From the IMG/VR virus record IMGVR_UViG_3300015245_000019: a stretch of 43,164 bases of DNA; one strand, written 5' to 3'. The notes below the pieces were generated by a model. It was not told the origin of the DNA. It saw only the letters and a program-made list of their open reading frames with translations, and made no database searches. Positions 7,493 through 16,232 of the stretch are shown here, in pieces (position 1 is the stretch's first letter; each line of letters begins with the position of its first letter). The position numbers were made by a program, and so were the translations under genes. Origin of the DNA: a virus.

Positions 7493-10410
7493 GAAGTATG
7501 GCCTCCATGCTGGGGACGGCGGCGTCAGAAGCGCCGCCGGTAACTGCGCCGCTAGGCGCAGGCGCAGCTCCGGCGGATAGTACCGGGGTTGCACTTGCGC
7601 CGCCGCCGGCAGCGCCGGTCGGTCGTTCTATGGCCGGGATGCTCGGTGGGGCGCCAGCGGCTGCTCCAGCCCCCCCCGAGCCGGTCCCGGGGACTCCAGG
7701 AATCACGAACGGCATCTCCCTTGGGTCAATCCTCGGGGACATGGCCGAAGGGGCTGTAGCGCCCTTTACGGGGGCCGGACACGCGATCGCTGGGCTCCTT
7801 GCGGATCCCATGTTCCGGGTGTTGCCGTACGAGGACGAGGCGAAGCATCTTGCCGAGGCGGAACGCCTCGGCTGGAAGGGTGCGGCGTTCTGGGGGTCGA
7901 TGCTGGCCGGCGGGCCGATGACAAAGCTGCCCATTGCATTGGTTTGGAGGTTGGCCGCTTCCGGGGCGGCTGGCGGCGCCGTGTACTCGGCGCTGAACAA
8001 TGCGCCGTCACTGCAGCATGGGCACGAAGATCCGAGGACGTATGCTGGGGAAATCGCTACTACGGCAACGTTTGGGGCTCTTACCGGTGGGGCTCTGGCG
8101 ATGGTGCCGCCGGTGGCAAGAACGGCCGGTTTTGCTGCCGCGTTGCCCTTCAAAGGGATGAATCGGCTGATCGATCTGGTGCCGGCTGGGCGGCAGGTCA
8201 GAGCAAAGACGGCCGAGTTTATAAGTGGTGCCTTTTCCAAGGCTTGGGATCCAGTGATGACCAGCGGGGAAGTGATTCTGCAGAAGGCTGGTCTGGGAGA
8301 TCTGGCGAACGGTTTCAAGGCGGCGAGGAAGGTTGCCGCTCTGAAGGCCGGAGAGTCAGTTGCCGGCTTCTACAAGAACATCGAGGGCCTTTCTCCAGAC
8401 GAAATCAAACGAGTCGGTTGGTTCATTGAGAAGTTTGACTTTAGCGACCCCGAACTATTCGGTGTGGCGCACGAGTACACGACGAACGCCTCCGATGCCC
8501 GGCTCTTCGGAGTAGCGCAGCGGGAAGCGACCCGGATGCAGGAACTTGGCAAAATGATGGAAAAGACCGGGATGCAGGTTTACGACCCGACGGACGAGGC
8601 TTTCCATCGGTTCGCGTTGCGGAAGAACTACATCCCGCACCGGTTCGTGAACCCGGACGCAATGAGACCAGGTGGAGAAGCCTACGATGTAAACATCGCC
8701 AAGGTGATGAAAGTAAAGAATATGGTCAGGCCGGACGCCGAGGTCTGGATGGACCAGTTCGCCAACCGGATCGAGAACTGGAACAACGGAGTCGTCGAGG
8801 GACGGTTCCCGGTGGGGACCGCAGGGCATTACCTGATTGGACGTGCCCTTAACCTCGATGGTTTTGAGACGCAGCTCGATCGAATCCTTCCCCAGTATTA
8901 CGAGCACGTCAGCCGCAGGCTGACGAACCACATGTTCTTCGGGCCGCAGCCGCTCCCCGAGGCGGTGGATCAGGCCATCCAAGAAGTTGCGCCGAAAGGC
9001 GTGTTGCCGCCGTCGGCGATGATGATCGGAAGGCCGGATGCCGTGCCTTTGCCGGCTCCAAAAGAGCCGACTCAGTCGATGTGGCAGATCATCTACGCAA
9101 GGAAGAACGCGGCAGAGGCTGCGGCACGGCGCGACCAGGCAATCGAGTTCAAGTACCCGCGGGCTTTTGCGCCACTCCAAGGGATCAAGGATCCGGAACA
9201 GCAGAAGCTGGCCACGACGATCGTGCGAGGCCAGCTCGGAGTTTCGGATCAGCCGCAGTTCGGAAAGAAGGCTCTCGACTGGCTGGCACAGAATGAGGTC
9301 GTTACGAAGTTGGCGTTGGGAGCGATTTCTCAGCCGAGCCAGATGCTCTCTGGCGTCGTGAGGACGGGGTACAGAGGGTCTTTGAAGTGGCTTGTGGCGA
9401 CGGCGGCGCAGGACCCGGAGATACTGGATTTCGTGTTACGGACTGGAGTTACGCTGCGGAGCGTTGTACGGGAGGCACAACAGTCGCTAACTGGACAGAG
9501 GACCGATTTCCTTGACAAGGTACTTTTTACCCAGTTTGACGTAGCGAGCCGTATATACGGCGCTGTGCAGGGTGCTACTCATGCTGAATATATGGGACAC
9601 GAACTCGCCAATACTGTGTCGCAGGCGCAGAGGGTCGCACAGCTGCAGGGTCTCCGGCAGATAGGGGCAAAAGTGCTTGGGATGTCTCCCGTCTTGCGTA
9701 ATAAAGTGGCCCAGCTGGAGTCCCGCTTTATCAAACTGGGGATTGATCCCGTCGAGGTCGTGAAGAACGGCGGCACACTGACCAATGAGCAGTTGCTGGT
9801 AGCGGGCCAGACCGTATCCACAGACGTGAATTTCTGGGGAGACCAGCTCAGCCTCCCACCTTTCTACAAGAGTGCGTATGGCCGGTATCTCACAATGTTC
9901 AAGTCGTTCGGATTCCAACAGACGCGCCTCGTAAAGGACCAGATGATAAAGCCGTTCGCGGCCTGGATCGCTGGAAAGCCAGACGGAGATCCGGGACCGT
10001 TGATGAGGTTCGCTACTTTGATGCCGGGAGGGGGAGAAGCGATCTCGGATTTGAAGGCGATTGCGCGAGCCCGTGAGCGTCCCACGGATCCGGTTCTCCG
10101 GATCTCCGAGAATATCGGGAATGCGGCTGGGTTTGGATTTGCGGCAGACGCTCTTCGGGCCGTTGATTTTGGAGTCGGTGGATCGCTTGGGTTAATGAGC
10201 GGGCCGATCGGGGGGACGGCAGGTAAACTGGGCGCCGCTATCGGCGAGGCCAAGGCGGGGAAGTTCCAGAAGAGTGGGAAGTTTGCAATCGAGTACGGAC
10301 TTCCGGTGCTAGCGAATCAGGTAGCGCCGGGGACGGCGCCGTTTGCCGCGGCAGTTGCGCCGGCCCTTTCTAACGTCATCTTTCCGACCAAGGCGAATCC
10401 CAACAAATGA
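7489..10410 (+). CDS. Large internal virion / DNA-ejection protein candidate (gp16-like position)
   Basis: 973 aa with a GTGA overlap on the upstream stop (an alternative ATG lies at 7498). Ala/Pro/Gly-rich N-terminus. No catalytic motif recognised. Confidence 0.5.
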   Translation: MRSMASMLGTAASEAPPVTAPLGAGAAPADSTGVALAPPPAAPVGRSMAGMLGGAPAAAPAPPEPVPGTPGITNGISLGSILGDMAEGAVAPFTGAGHAIAGLLADPMFRVLPYEDEAKHLAEAERLGWKGAAFWGSMLAGGPMTKLPIALVWRLAASGAAGGAVYSALNNAPSLQHGHEDPRTYAGEIATTATFGALTGGALAMVPPVARTAGFAAALPFKGMNRLIDLVPAGRQVRAKTAEFISGAFSKAWDPVMTSGEVILQKAGLGDLANGFKAARKVAALKAGESVAGFYKNIEGLSPDEIKRVGWFIEKFDFSDPELFGVAHEYTTNASDARLFGVAQREATRMQELGKMMEKTGMQVYDPTDEAFHRFALRKNYIPHRFVNPDAMRPGGEAYDVNIAKVMKVKNMVRPDAEVWMDQFANRIENWNNGVVEGRFPVGTAGHYLIGRALNLDGFETQLDRILPQYYEHVSRRLTNHMFFGPQPLPEAVDQAIQEVAPKGVLPPSAMMIGRPDAVPLPAPKEPTQSMWQIIYARKNAAEAAARRDQAIEFKYPRAFAPLQGIKDPEQQKLATTIVRGQLGVSDQPQFGKKALDWLAQNEVVTKLALGAISQPSQMLSGVVRTGYRGSLKWLVATAAQDPEILDFVLRTGVTLRSVVREAQQSLTGQRTDFLDKVLFTQFDVASRIYGAVQGATHAEYMGHELANTVSQAQRVAQLQGLRQIGAKVLGMSPVLRNKVAQLESRFIKLGIDPVEVVKNGGTLTNEQLLVAGQTVSTDVNFWGDQLSLPPFYKSAYGRYLTMFKSFGFQQTRLVKDQMIKPFAAWIAGKPDGDPGPLMRFATLMPGGGEAISDLKAIARARERPTDPVLRISENIGNAAGFGFAADALRAVDFGVGGSLGLMSGPIGGTAGKLGAAIGEAKAGKFQKSGKFAIEYGLPVLANQVAPGTAPFAAAVAPALSNVIFPTKANPNK

Positions 10411-10718
10411 CCTTGCCAGACGCGTTGAACGGGAAACGGCTGCCGAACTGGGTTTACTTTGTGGCTCTTGGGATTCTGCTGGGGATACAAGGAGCTACGA
10501 TCGTCTATGGGCAAAACGGCGCCATTGAACGGCTCGCAGAGGAGCAGAGAACCTCGACCGATCGACTGGTGAAGGCCATCAATCGGGTGGCGGAACGGGA
10601 CTCGGTGAACAACTACCAGGTGAGGGACATTGTTGATCGCAGGACGAGAGAGGCAAATCAGGAGTTCAAAGAAGTGGGAAAGTTGATCCGAGGATACGTG
10701 CCGAGAAGCATCGAATGA
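10407..10718 (+). CDS. Single-pass membrane protein with coiled coil (holin or i-spanin-like lysis candidate)
   Basis: 103 aa with an ATGA overlap on the upstream gene. One TM segment (WVYFVALGILLGIQGATIVYG) is followed by a charged helical region. Confidence 0.45.
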   Translation: MTLPDALNGKRLPNWVYFVALGILLGIQGATIVYGQNGAIERLAEEQRTSTDRLVKAINRVAERDSVNNYQVRDIVDRRTREANQEFKEVGKLIRGYVPRSIE

Positions 10719-10740
10719 GGTCCGCACGGCGGACCGGGAG

Positions 10741-11094
10741 GTGATTTTGAAACTCGATCAGATTCTGATCTTCGCATTGACGTGGGGACTAGGGATGGTT
10801 CTGAACAAGTGGCCGGCGTTTAAGAATGAGTACATCCCGCGGGTGCTGTGGGTGATGGGGGTGCTCTTCGAGGCCATCAACAAGGCGCTGGCGTCGTCTG
10901 TTGGACCGGTGCCGCCAGTGCCGGCTGTGCACACGTCGTTTGCTGCGGCGGCAATCGTACCGATTCCGGGAGTCAGTATCGACCCAAGCGTGGTGCTCTA
11001 CGGAACCGCGGTCTGGGTCGGCACTCAGGTCGTTCATCTCGCCTTCAAGGTTCTAAAGGACGTCTTCAAGCTGAAGCTGCCTAGCTGGCTGTAG
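10741..11094 (+). CDS. Multi-pass membrane protein, holin candidate
   Basis: 117 aa with 3-4 hydrophobic segments. The GGGAGG RBS favours the TTG at 10747 as the real start. It is the last gene of the + arm and converges on the endolysin arm. Confidence 0.45.
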   Translation: MILKLDQILIFALTWGLGMVLNKWPAFKNEYIPRVLWVMGVLFEAINKALASSVGPVPPVPAVHTSFAAAAIVPIPGVSIDPSVVLYGTAVWVGTQVVHLAFKVLKDVFKLKLPSWL

Positions 11095-11098
11095 GTCC

Positions 11099-11362
11099 CT
11101 AACGGCGGGAGGGCTTCTTTTCCTCTCGCCGTTTCCGTCTCAAGGGGGCAGATGCTCGGGCAGCAAGAGACCCGCGTTTCGCACGGTCTGTCCGTAGCAT
11201 CTTCGCTTCTTCGATCTCGTCGTTGTGGGCCTCTAAAGAGCCGTTGGCGCAAGCTGCGACGAGCCACCGAGCAATCTGGCGGACTCTGGCTCCGTTCTCC
11301 GATTCGAGCGTGATGTGGATTGTCTCGCCCTTCCCCAGTGTGACCTTTAGTTTCTCATTCAT
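11099..11362 (-). CDS. Hypothetical protein, basic C-terminal tail
   Basis: 87-aa reading MNEKLKVTLGKGETIHITLE...RRKRREEKKPSRR. Its ATG overlaps the end of the endolysin gene by 8 nt. The longer 128-aa version in the ORF track overlaps the endolysin and was trimmed. Confidence 0.45.
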   Translation of the reverse strand: MNEKLKVTLGKGETIHITLESENGARVRQIARWLVAACANGSLEAHNDEIEEAKMLRTDRAKRGSLAARASAPLRRKRREEKKPSRR

Positions 11363-11897
11363 ACGAGCCCAGTCGCCGAATGCCCAAGATGCGAGTGACT
11401 GGGAATGCTTCCACGCTGACGGAATTGTTCTGGTTTCCTCCCACGATGTGGACGTTTGTCCTGTCGTCTCCGGCAAAGAATCCAACGTGTCCAGGGGCCG
11501 AGATTACCTCGGCTCCGGGCTGTGCGCCGTCTCCCCGTTGGAGGATGACCACGTCGTAGCCTGGAATGGCAAGGGCCTTCTCGACTGCTTTTCCCACTTG
11601 GAGCCAGGAACGGGCTGCGAGGGATTTCGATCGAGGGAGACGGAGCATCCACGCGACGAAGTTCACGAAGGCCGAGCACCAAGGGACTTCGTCGTCGTCA
11701 GGCCAGGTGTTGTCGAGACGGAGCATGGCCAAGACGAGCGGGTTCGAGGCTGTCCCTGCAATCTCTTTTGTTCCGATGAAACGGCTGGCTAGGTCAAAGG
11801 CGGTCGTCTCTCTCACTGTTGTGCCCTCCTCTTTCTGAATTCCGCTTTGTAGGCTAGGAGTTTCTCTTTCTTCAGATACCGTCGGCGACTCGGCCAT
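11355..11897 (-). CDS. Endolysin, CHAP / NlpC-P60-like (TIGR02594-type) cell-wall hydrolase
   Basis: Motifs EVPWCSAFVNF (catalytic Cys) and APGHVGFFAG (catalytic His), then VGGNQNNSVS. This pattern is typical of TIGR02594-family phage lysins as I recall them. The start is uncertain because the ORF overlaps the upstream gene. Confidence 0.7.
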   Translation of the reverse strand: MAESPTVSEERETPSLQSGIQKEEGTTVRETTAFDLASRFIGTKEIAGTASNPLVLAMLRLDNTWPDDDEVPWCSAFVNFVAWMLRLPRSKSLAARSWLQVGKAVEKALAIPGYDVVILQRGDGAQPGAEVISAPGHVGFFAGDDRTNVHIVGGNQNNSVSVEAFPVTRILGIRRLGSYE

Positions 11898-12364
11898 TTG
11901 ACTACACCGTGCTTAGGAACCATCCAGCAGTCGCCGCCGGTCGTGCGGATCTTGATACGGCGGTCGAACTTCCAGATGTACTCGATCAGAGAAATGAAAT
12001 GGTCGAAGGTGATCTTTACGCCGTGGGAGTGGTCCCGTTCTCGGTGAAGCTGATGGGCAAGGGCAACGGCCTCCATTGGCTTTTTGCAAGGTGTCACGTC
12101 GCCGGAGAGAAGGCCCTTTGCACGCGCCGTGAAGAAGGCCACGTAGTCGGCCTTTACCTTCTCCCAGTTGATGGCGCGGATACCGCGCTCTGATCTTGTC
12201 CCAGACAGGGGTCGGATGATGCCGAACTTCATCAGGCCGTGGATCACGTAGTGGGTTAGGCAATGAGGAGTTCCTTCCCACTTCGGCAGCGCGCAGCGCG
12301 CCCACGAGCAGTTGTAGGTTTTCCGCTCTTCGTGGATCTCGATTGAGTCGGTGCCGTCTACCAT
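11813..12364 (-). CDS. Hypothetical Cys/His-rich protein
   Basis: 183 aa with an N-terminal C..C...C..H cluster (NCSWARCALPKWEGTPHCLTHY). It overlaps the PolA-like stop by 7 nt. No confident family assignment. Confidence 0.5.
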   Translation of the reverse strand: MVDGTDSIEIHEERKTYNCSWARCALPKWEGTPHCLTHYVIHGLMKFGIIRPLSGTRSERGIRAINWEKVKADYVAFFTARAKGLLSGDVTPCKKPMEAVALAHQLHRERDHSHGVKITFDHFISLIEYIWKFDRRIKIRTTGGDCWMVPKHGVVKWPSRRRYLKKEKLLAYKAEFRKRRAQQ

Positions 12365-14022
12365 ATCGAGCCGACGGTCGGACCTAAGACCACGCGTGTC
12401 TTTAGCCCAGTGCCGGTCTCCATGTGGGCCACGAGAGGCTGCAGCTTTGCGGTTTTTGGCAGCTCGACGATGAATCCGGCTCGGGAGATGGCCAGAAGCC
12501 AGCCGCCCAAGGCGGTGGAGATTGCCTCCATTCCCCCGAGACGGGACCAGATTGCGTCGGTGATGGTGGAGGCAACGAGGAACTGTTCCGGTGCAAGCCG
12601 GTTTGGGCCGGTGATGACGCCGGCTTTGTTCTTGTAGTAGCCGTAGAAGCGTTTCCTTCGGCCGAAGGCGTTGGTGATGAAGCCGTCGGTGACGAGCGGT
12701 TCGAGGCTCGGGATGGATCGGCTCGGCTCTTGGAAGAAGATGTGGGCGAGCTGATTTTCGGTCCTGTGGGGGACGAGGAGAGATGGTATTTCCGAAAGCT
12801 GCGGGTTCATTGCTGCAAGCCGTCCCGTGGGTGGTTCGAGATCGTCAGTCTTCCAGAGATCTGGATCGGGGATGTAGGTGGGGTGGATGCAGTTGTCGGG
12901 GCCGACCGGTTGAAGAGCCGACAAGTGGGAGATGGGGACGCCACCCAAGACGAAACCGGGATGGATGGGGATGCCTCTTTCCGTCATGTCGAGCAGGACG
13001 TGGAGGCCGGGCATCATCATGTCGTGGAAGAGGGAAGACATTCCTTCGGCGGCGATGACGGCGCGCTGTTTTGCGGCGATGGCTCTGGTGATTGCTACGT
13101 CGTAGGCGTTGTAAAGGGCCGGGTTCGTTTCGCTCTTGTGCTTCCAGCGGAACGTGTCGGCGTAGATCGAGGCGACGGATCCAAGGCCCATCGGAGAGTC
13201 TGGAAGGAGGAGTTTTGCCGCGAACATCGTGTCGAAGAGGGCTGTCTCCCGCGGCACTCGGACGCCAGCGCGGCGCAGCCGCGCCAAGTCGAACTGGAGA
13301 TGGTGGCCGATGATGGTGACGTTGGGACGAGCGACAGCGTCGGCTAACCAGCGACGAAGTTCTGCCGACCACGCAACAGTTGTGACCGGACCGGTAGGCC
13401 CAGCAATTCCTACTCGTTCGATGGCTACGGAGTGGCCAATTGTTTCGATGTCGAGAGTTAGCTCGGTGGCGACGGTGGGGAAGGCAGCTGTCATCTCCAC
13501 AATGATCGGCTGCGCTTCCCCTGAGATGATGCGCCGTAGGCGCATCAGATCCGCGATTAGTATTGGTAAGGCTTTGAACTGCCCCCGCTGGACGGATCGA
13601 GGAGGAGATAGACAAGTGATGTAGTCTGCTCGGGGCGGAAGGGGCGGAAGGCCAAGAGTCCGAACACGCCGATACTTTGGATCCCCTCGACGGCGAAGAA
13701 TGCTGCCATCAGGAGCTTTTCGTGTAGTGCGGTAGAAACCGGATTGTTCGGTGACAGTTCGCTGTATAGGTCGGCACTCGTCTGGCCGAAAGAGAAATCC
13801 CCGAAGTGAATCGAAACGCCCGGAAACTCCGGTAAGAGCCCCGAAGGTGACTCCGCCCAGACAAGCGATGACGCGAATGTCACCGTTGATTGCGTGGCAC
13901 TCGTAGTCAGCTGTCGTGGTGACGACGAAAGCCGTCCGGTCGAGGCCCGCCTCCGCGGCAAGTTTCCAGAAATGACGCGCTCCTTGGAAGTCGATCGTCT
14001 CTCCGAGAGGAACGATCAGCAA
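12358..14022 (-). CDS. PolA-like protein: UDG-like N-domain + 3'-5' exonuclease + degenerate polymerase remnant
   Basis: 554 aa, TTG start. The N-terminal ~100 aa show a UDG-superfamily-like pattern (PLGETIDFQG, VIACLGGVTFGAL, SLRGFLF). Exonuclease motifs are present: ExoI LDIETIG, ExoII GHHLQFDLARL, ExoIII YNAYDVAITRAI. The PolA landmarks PPTGRLAAMNPQLSEIP and ITNAFGRRKRF are only about 33 aa apart, so motif A (DYSQIELR) and motif B (R..AK..NFG..YG) are missing. The QVHDE position reads AISRAGF. Confidence 0.6.
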   Translation of the reverse strand: MLIVPLGETIDFQGARHFWKLAAEAGLDRTAFVVTTTADYECHAINGDIRVIACLGGVTFGALTGVSGRFDSLRGFLFRPDECRPIQRTVTEQSGFYRTTRKAPDGSILRRRGDPKYRRVRTLGLPPLPPRADYITCLSPPRSVQRGQFKALPILIADLMRLRRIISGEAQPIIVEMTAAFPTVATELTLDIETIGHSVAIERVGIAGPTGPVTTVAWSAELRRWLADAVARPNVTIIGHHLQFDLARLRRAGVRVPRETALFDTMFAAKLLLPDSPMGLGSVASIYADTFRWKHKSETNPALYNAYDVAITRAIAAKQRAVIAAEGMSSLFHDMMMPGLHVLLDMTERGIPIHPGFVLGGVPISHLSALQPVGPDNCIHPTYIPDPDLWKTDDLEPPTGRLAAMNPQLSEIPSLLVPHRTENQLAHIFFQEPSRSIPSLEPLVTDGFITNAFGRRKRFYGYYKNKAGVITGPNRLAPEQFLVASTITDAIWSRLGGMEAISTALGGWLLAISRAGFIVELPKTAKLQPLVAHMETGTGLKTRVVLGPTVGSIW

Positions 14023-14031
14023 GATAGAGCC

Positions 14032-14061
14032 AATAGGCGCCGCTTCTAAGCGGCGCCTATT
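14032..14061. terminator. Perfect 12-bp hairpin (AATAGGCGCCGC-ttctaa-GCGGCGCCTATT)
   Basis: Read directly. The TAG stop of the 14046..14474 ORF lies in the loop. A T-run follows on the + strand and GGCUCUAUCUUG follows on the - strand. It sits 10 nt upstream of the PolA-like start. Confidence 0.45.
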
Positions 14062-14474
14062 TTGAAGCCGCTCTTCAGAATGTTCCGAAGTGATGCCCGT
14101 CTCTGTGATGGGCTCTTCCCCACAAGAGGTCCGGCGGCCTTGTCCACCGACAGATGAGACTTAAAGGCTGCCAGACCCCGGTTCGTAAAGTAAGTGGCGA
14201 CCGCTGTGCAATCTACACAAAGATCGTGTGGCCTAAGTTCAGCTAGAATACCATCGTCACGGAGCGACTTGAACAGGGTTTGTCCGTCTCCGCGATCGAT
14301 GTCTTCCCGGCCGCAGTTGCGACACTTGGCTACTCTTTCGGCGCCTTGCGAGGCGTCTTCTTTTGCTTCCCTTTCGGCTTTCCAACGGGCGGGCGACCAC
14401 GTCGTCGGATGATCGCCGCCTTTGCCATCGTCGTGTAGGTGGCTGCCATGGCTGTCTTTGTCACGCGTAAGCAT
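14046..14474 (-). CDS. Zinc-ribbon protein (CxxC...CxxC)
   Basis: 142 aa from the ATG at 14474. CRNCG and CVDC form a zinc-ribbon signature. The first 48 codons overlap the upstream ORF out of frame, and no in-frame start codon exists after that ORF's stop. Confidence 0.45.
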   Translation of the reverse strand: MLTRDKDSHGSHLHDDGKGGDHPTTWSPARWKAEREAKEDASQGAERVAKCRNCGREDIDRGDGQTLFKSLRDDGILAELRPHDLCVDCTAVATYFTNRGLAAFKSHLSVDKAAGPLVGKSPSQRRASLRNILKSGFKIGAA

Positions 14475-14773
14475 GATCTAGTGATCCTATTTCTTTCGGC
14501 TAACGGGATCTCGAAGTTGCCGATAGTTGTGTGGACAAGCCCTGCTGTGAGATCCACCCCGAGAATCTTTGGTTCCACGGGTCCCGTGGGTACGATGGGC
14601 TGCTGTGCCTCCGCTCCTCCATTGGCCGGCACTCCAGGTACCGGTATCGTCTCGACCGCCGTAGGCGGTCGCCAGTCTGCTCCTTCGATTCCGGCCAGAT
14701 CAGGGGCTGTCCTCCGCTCCTGCTCCTTTCGTACAAAGTCAGCCATGTCAGTGATTTGCGGGTTCTCTTCCAT
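14330..14773 (-). CDS. Hypothetical protein with AT-hook-like basic tail
   Basis: 147 aa. The C-terminus RRRGRPPVGKPKGKQKKTPRKAPKE contains the RGRP AT-hook core. Pro-rich middle. Confidence 0.55.
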   Translation of the reverse strand: MEENPQITDMADFVRKEQERRTAPDLAGIEGADWRPPTAVETIPVPGVPANGGAEAQQPIVPTGPVEPKILGVDLTAGLVHTTIGNFEIPLAERNRITRSCLRVTKTAMAATYTTMAKAAIIRRRGRPPVGKPKGKQKKTPRKAPKE

Positions 14774-14809
14774 GAACGGTACCGTCCTCTTGTTTGACGC
14801 CGTAGGCCG

Positions 14810-15379
14810 TCAAACGGGTTCGAAGATTGTGGTGATCTCGGGGATCCAACGGCGCTTTCCGTCTCGGCCGTCCAGAGGACCGTGCTTCAACTCGAAACGG
14901 ATCGTCTTTCCCACGAGCGGCGAAGCTGCCGTGGCGAAGGCGTCCTCCGGCGGGAAGCAGGTTTTCAGGAGAGCGGAAGTGAAGCCGCCGTCTGGGCCGT
15001 CTGGCTGGATGCCGACGCCGCGAAGGAGCGCCATCAGTCTGTTGATCGACATGTAGCTCATCTTGGCGTAGCCCTCCGGCTGGCCAGTAGCGATTGCAGA
15101 CGGCGCAAGCCGAAGGGTGTTCTTGATGACAAAGCCGATGTTCTCTCCTGAGCCCTCTGCAGAACAGGTCACTTCGTAGACGAACGTCTTTACTATCACG
15201 CCGTTATCGGCGGTGTAAGTGCCGCTGTTGGTGGCCGTTATCGTTCCCGCCTCTTCCCAGAAGTGAACGTCGGGGTTGCGGTTAGAAGGTCGCGCCGTAG
15301 GCGGGACTCGCATCTTATACTCGGAGGCTTTCTCCGCGTCGCGTAAGACATCGCCCGAGATCGAAAAGAAATCATCCAC
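14810..15379 (-). CDS. Putative ssDNA-binding protein (DUF669-like)
   Basis: GTG start with a GGGAGG RBS 6 nt upstream, overlapping the upstream stop. It sits immediately downstream of the Sak4-like ATPase, the usual DUF669 position. Sequence resemblance is weak and judged by eye. Confidence 0.45.
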   Translation of the reverse strand: MDDFFSISGDVLRDAEKASEYKMRVPPTARPSNRNPDVHFWEEAGTITATNSGTYTADNGVIVKTFVYEVTCSAEGSGENIGFVIKNTLRLAPSAIATGQPEGYAKMSYMSINRLMALLRGVGIQPDGPDGGFTSALLKTCFPPEDAFATAASPLVGKTIRFELKHGPLDGRDGKRRWIPEITTIFEPV

Positions 15380-16232
15380 TGACACCCTCCCTGGCTTGCG
15401 CCGGCTGTGCCGGCGCAAAGTGGCGGTCATGTTCCAGCCAGAAGTTGATCGGGTTAGGTTGTAAGTCGCAGACAGGCATTGGGTTGTAGTCGTGCCCGCT
15501 GCGAATGCCAGCTAGCCAGATATTCTGGGTCTCGGTCCAAGCCGTGATCTTGGGCTTCGCGTCCTTGCCGTAGCCCGTGGACTGCCTTGTGAGACGGATA
15601 CAGGTCGGAAAGCGGCCTGCGTAGGAGCCGATTGTGGCAGAGCCGACCGTTAGAGGACCACCCGTGAGGGTCTTTGACCCGGCTTCCTGGGCCTCCTTGT
15701 AGCCTTCGTGGGCCACGACAATGACGTTCAGGGGCTGGAGGAAGAGGAACGTCGTGATTCGGTCTATGGCGTTCTGAGCGGCCATGTAGTCGCCCTGCAT
15801 GGGGATCGACTGGAGGTCTTTCGTCGCCTTGGATCCCATGATGATGTGCTTCGACTCGGAGAAGGAGCCCTGGTCGGCGATGCTGACCAGGATGTCCCAG
15901 CCGGTGGCCGTAATCGTGTCCCAGACGATCGTTTTTACGCCCGCGAAGCGGGCGCGCCAGGTTTCCTGGGCCATCACGAAGGCGTCGGTACGGGGATTGT
16001 AAAGCTCGCCGGCCTTTGGGCGAGAGCCGACTACGTGGAACCGGGGGCGGATCGCGGGGAAGATCGAGTCAAGGCGCTCGGAGGTCGGATCCGCGGCAAC
16101 GTAGACGATCTCCCCCCACCGAGGCGGGAGCGAGGTGGCAAAACGAGTCTTGCCCGTCTTTGGAGCGCCGTAGATTAGGATGCGTTCGAAGCGGTTCTCG
16201 ACTGCGGAGAGATCTGTGACTCCCACTGCCAC
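15372..16232 (-). CDS. AAA_24 / Sak4-like RecA-fold recombination ATPase
   Basis: 286 aa, GTG start with an AAGGA RBS. Walker A ILIYGAPKTGKT, Walker B-like TIVWDTIT and later NVIVVAHE. The layout is typical of phage AAA_24 proteins. Confidence 0.7.
   Translation of the reverse strand: MAVGVTDLSAVENRFERILIYGAPKTGKTRFATSLPPRWGEIVYVAADPTSERLDSIFPAIRPRFHVVGSRPKAGELYNPRTDAFVMAQETWRARFAGVKTIVWDTITATGWDILVSIADQGSFSESKHIIMGSKATKDLQSIPMQGDYMAAQNAIDRITTFLFLQPLNVIVVAHEGYKEAQEAGSKTLTGGPLTVGSATIGSYAGRFPTCIRLTRQSTGYGKDAKPKITAWTETQNIWLAGIRSGHDYNPMPVCDLQPNPINFWLEHDRHFAPAQPAQAREGVSG

Noticed and set aside
6329-7594. Long antisense ORFs in the track: 6329-7594(-), 642-1388(-), 35281-36498(-), 12424-13347(+), 8455-9180(-), 40204-40911(-), 41598-42218(-), 38507-39220(-).
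   Set aside because: They lie opposite well-supported genes. They are Arg/Pro/His-rich with runs such as RRRRRRH. Such ORFs are the usual stop-poor shadow frames of GC-rich coding DNA.
14345-14380. A confident programmed -1 frameshift site in the AT-hook/zinc-ribbon overlap.
   Set aside because: No canonical X XXY YYZ slippery heptamer lies in the zero frame. It is kept only as a low-priority hypothesis in the findings.
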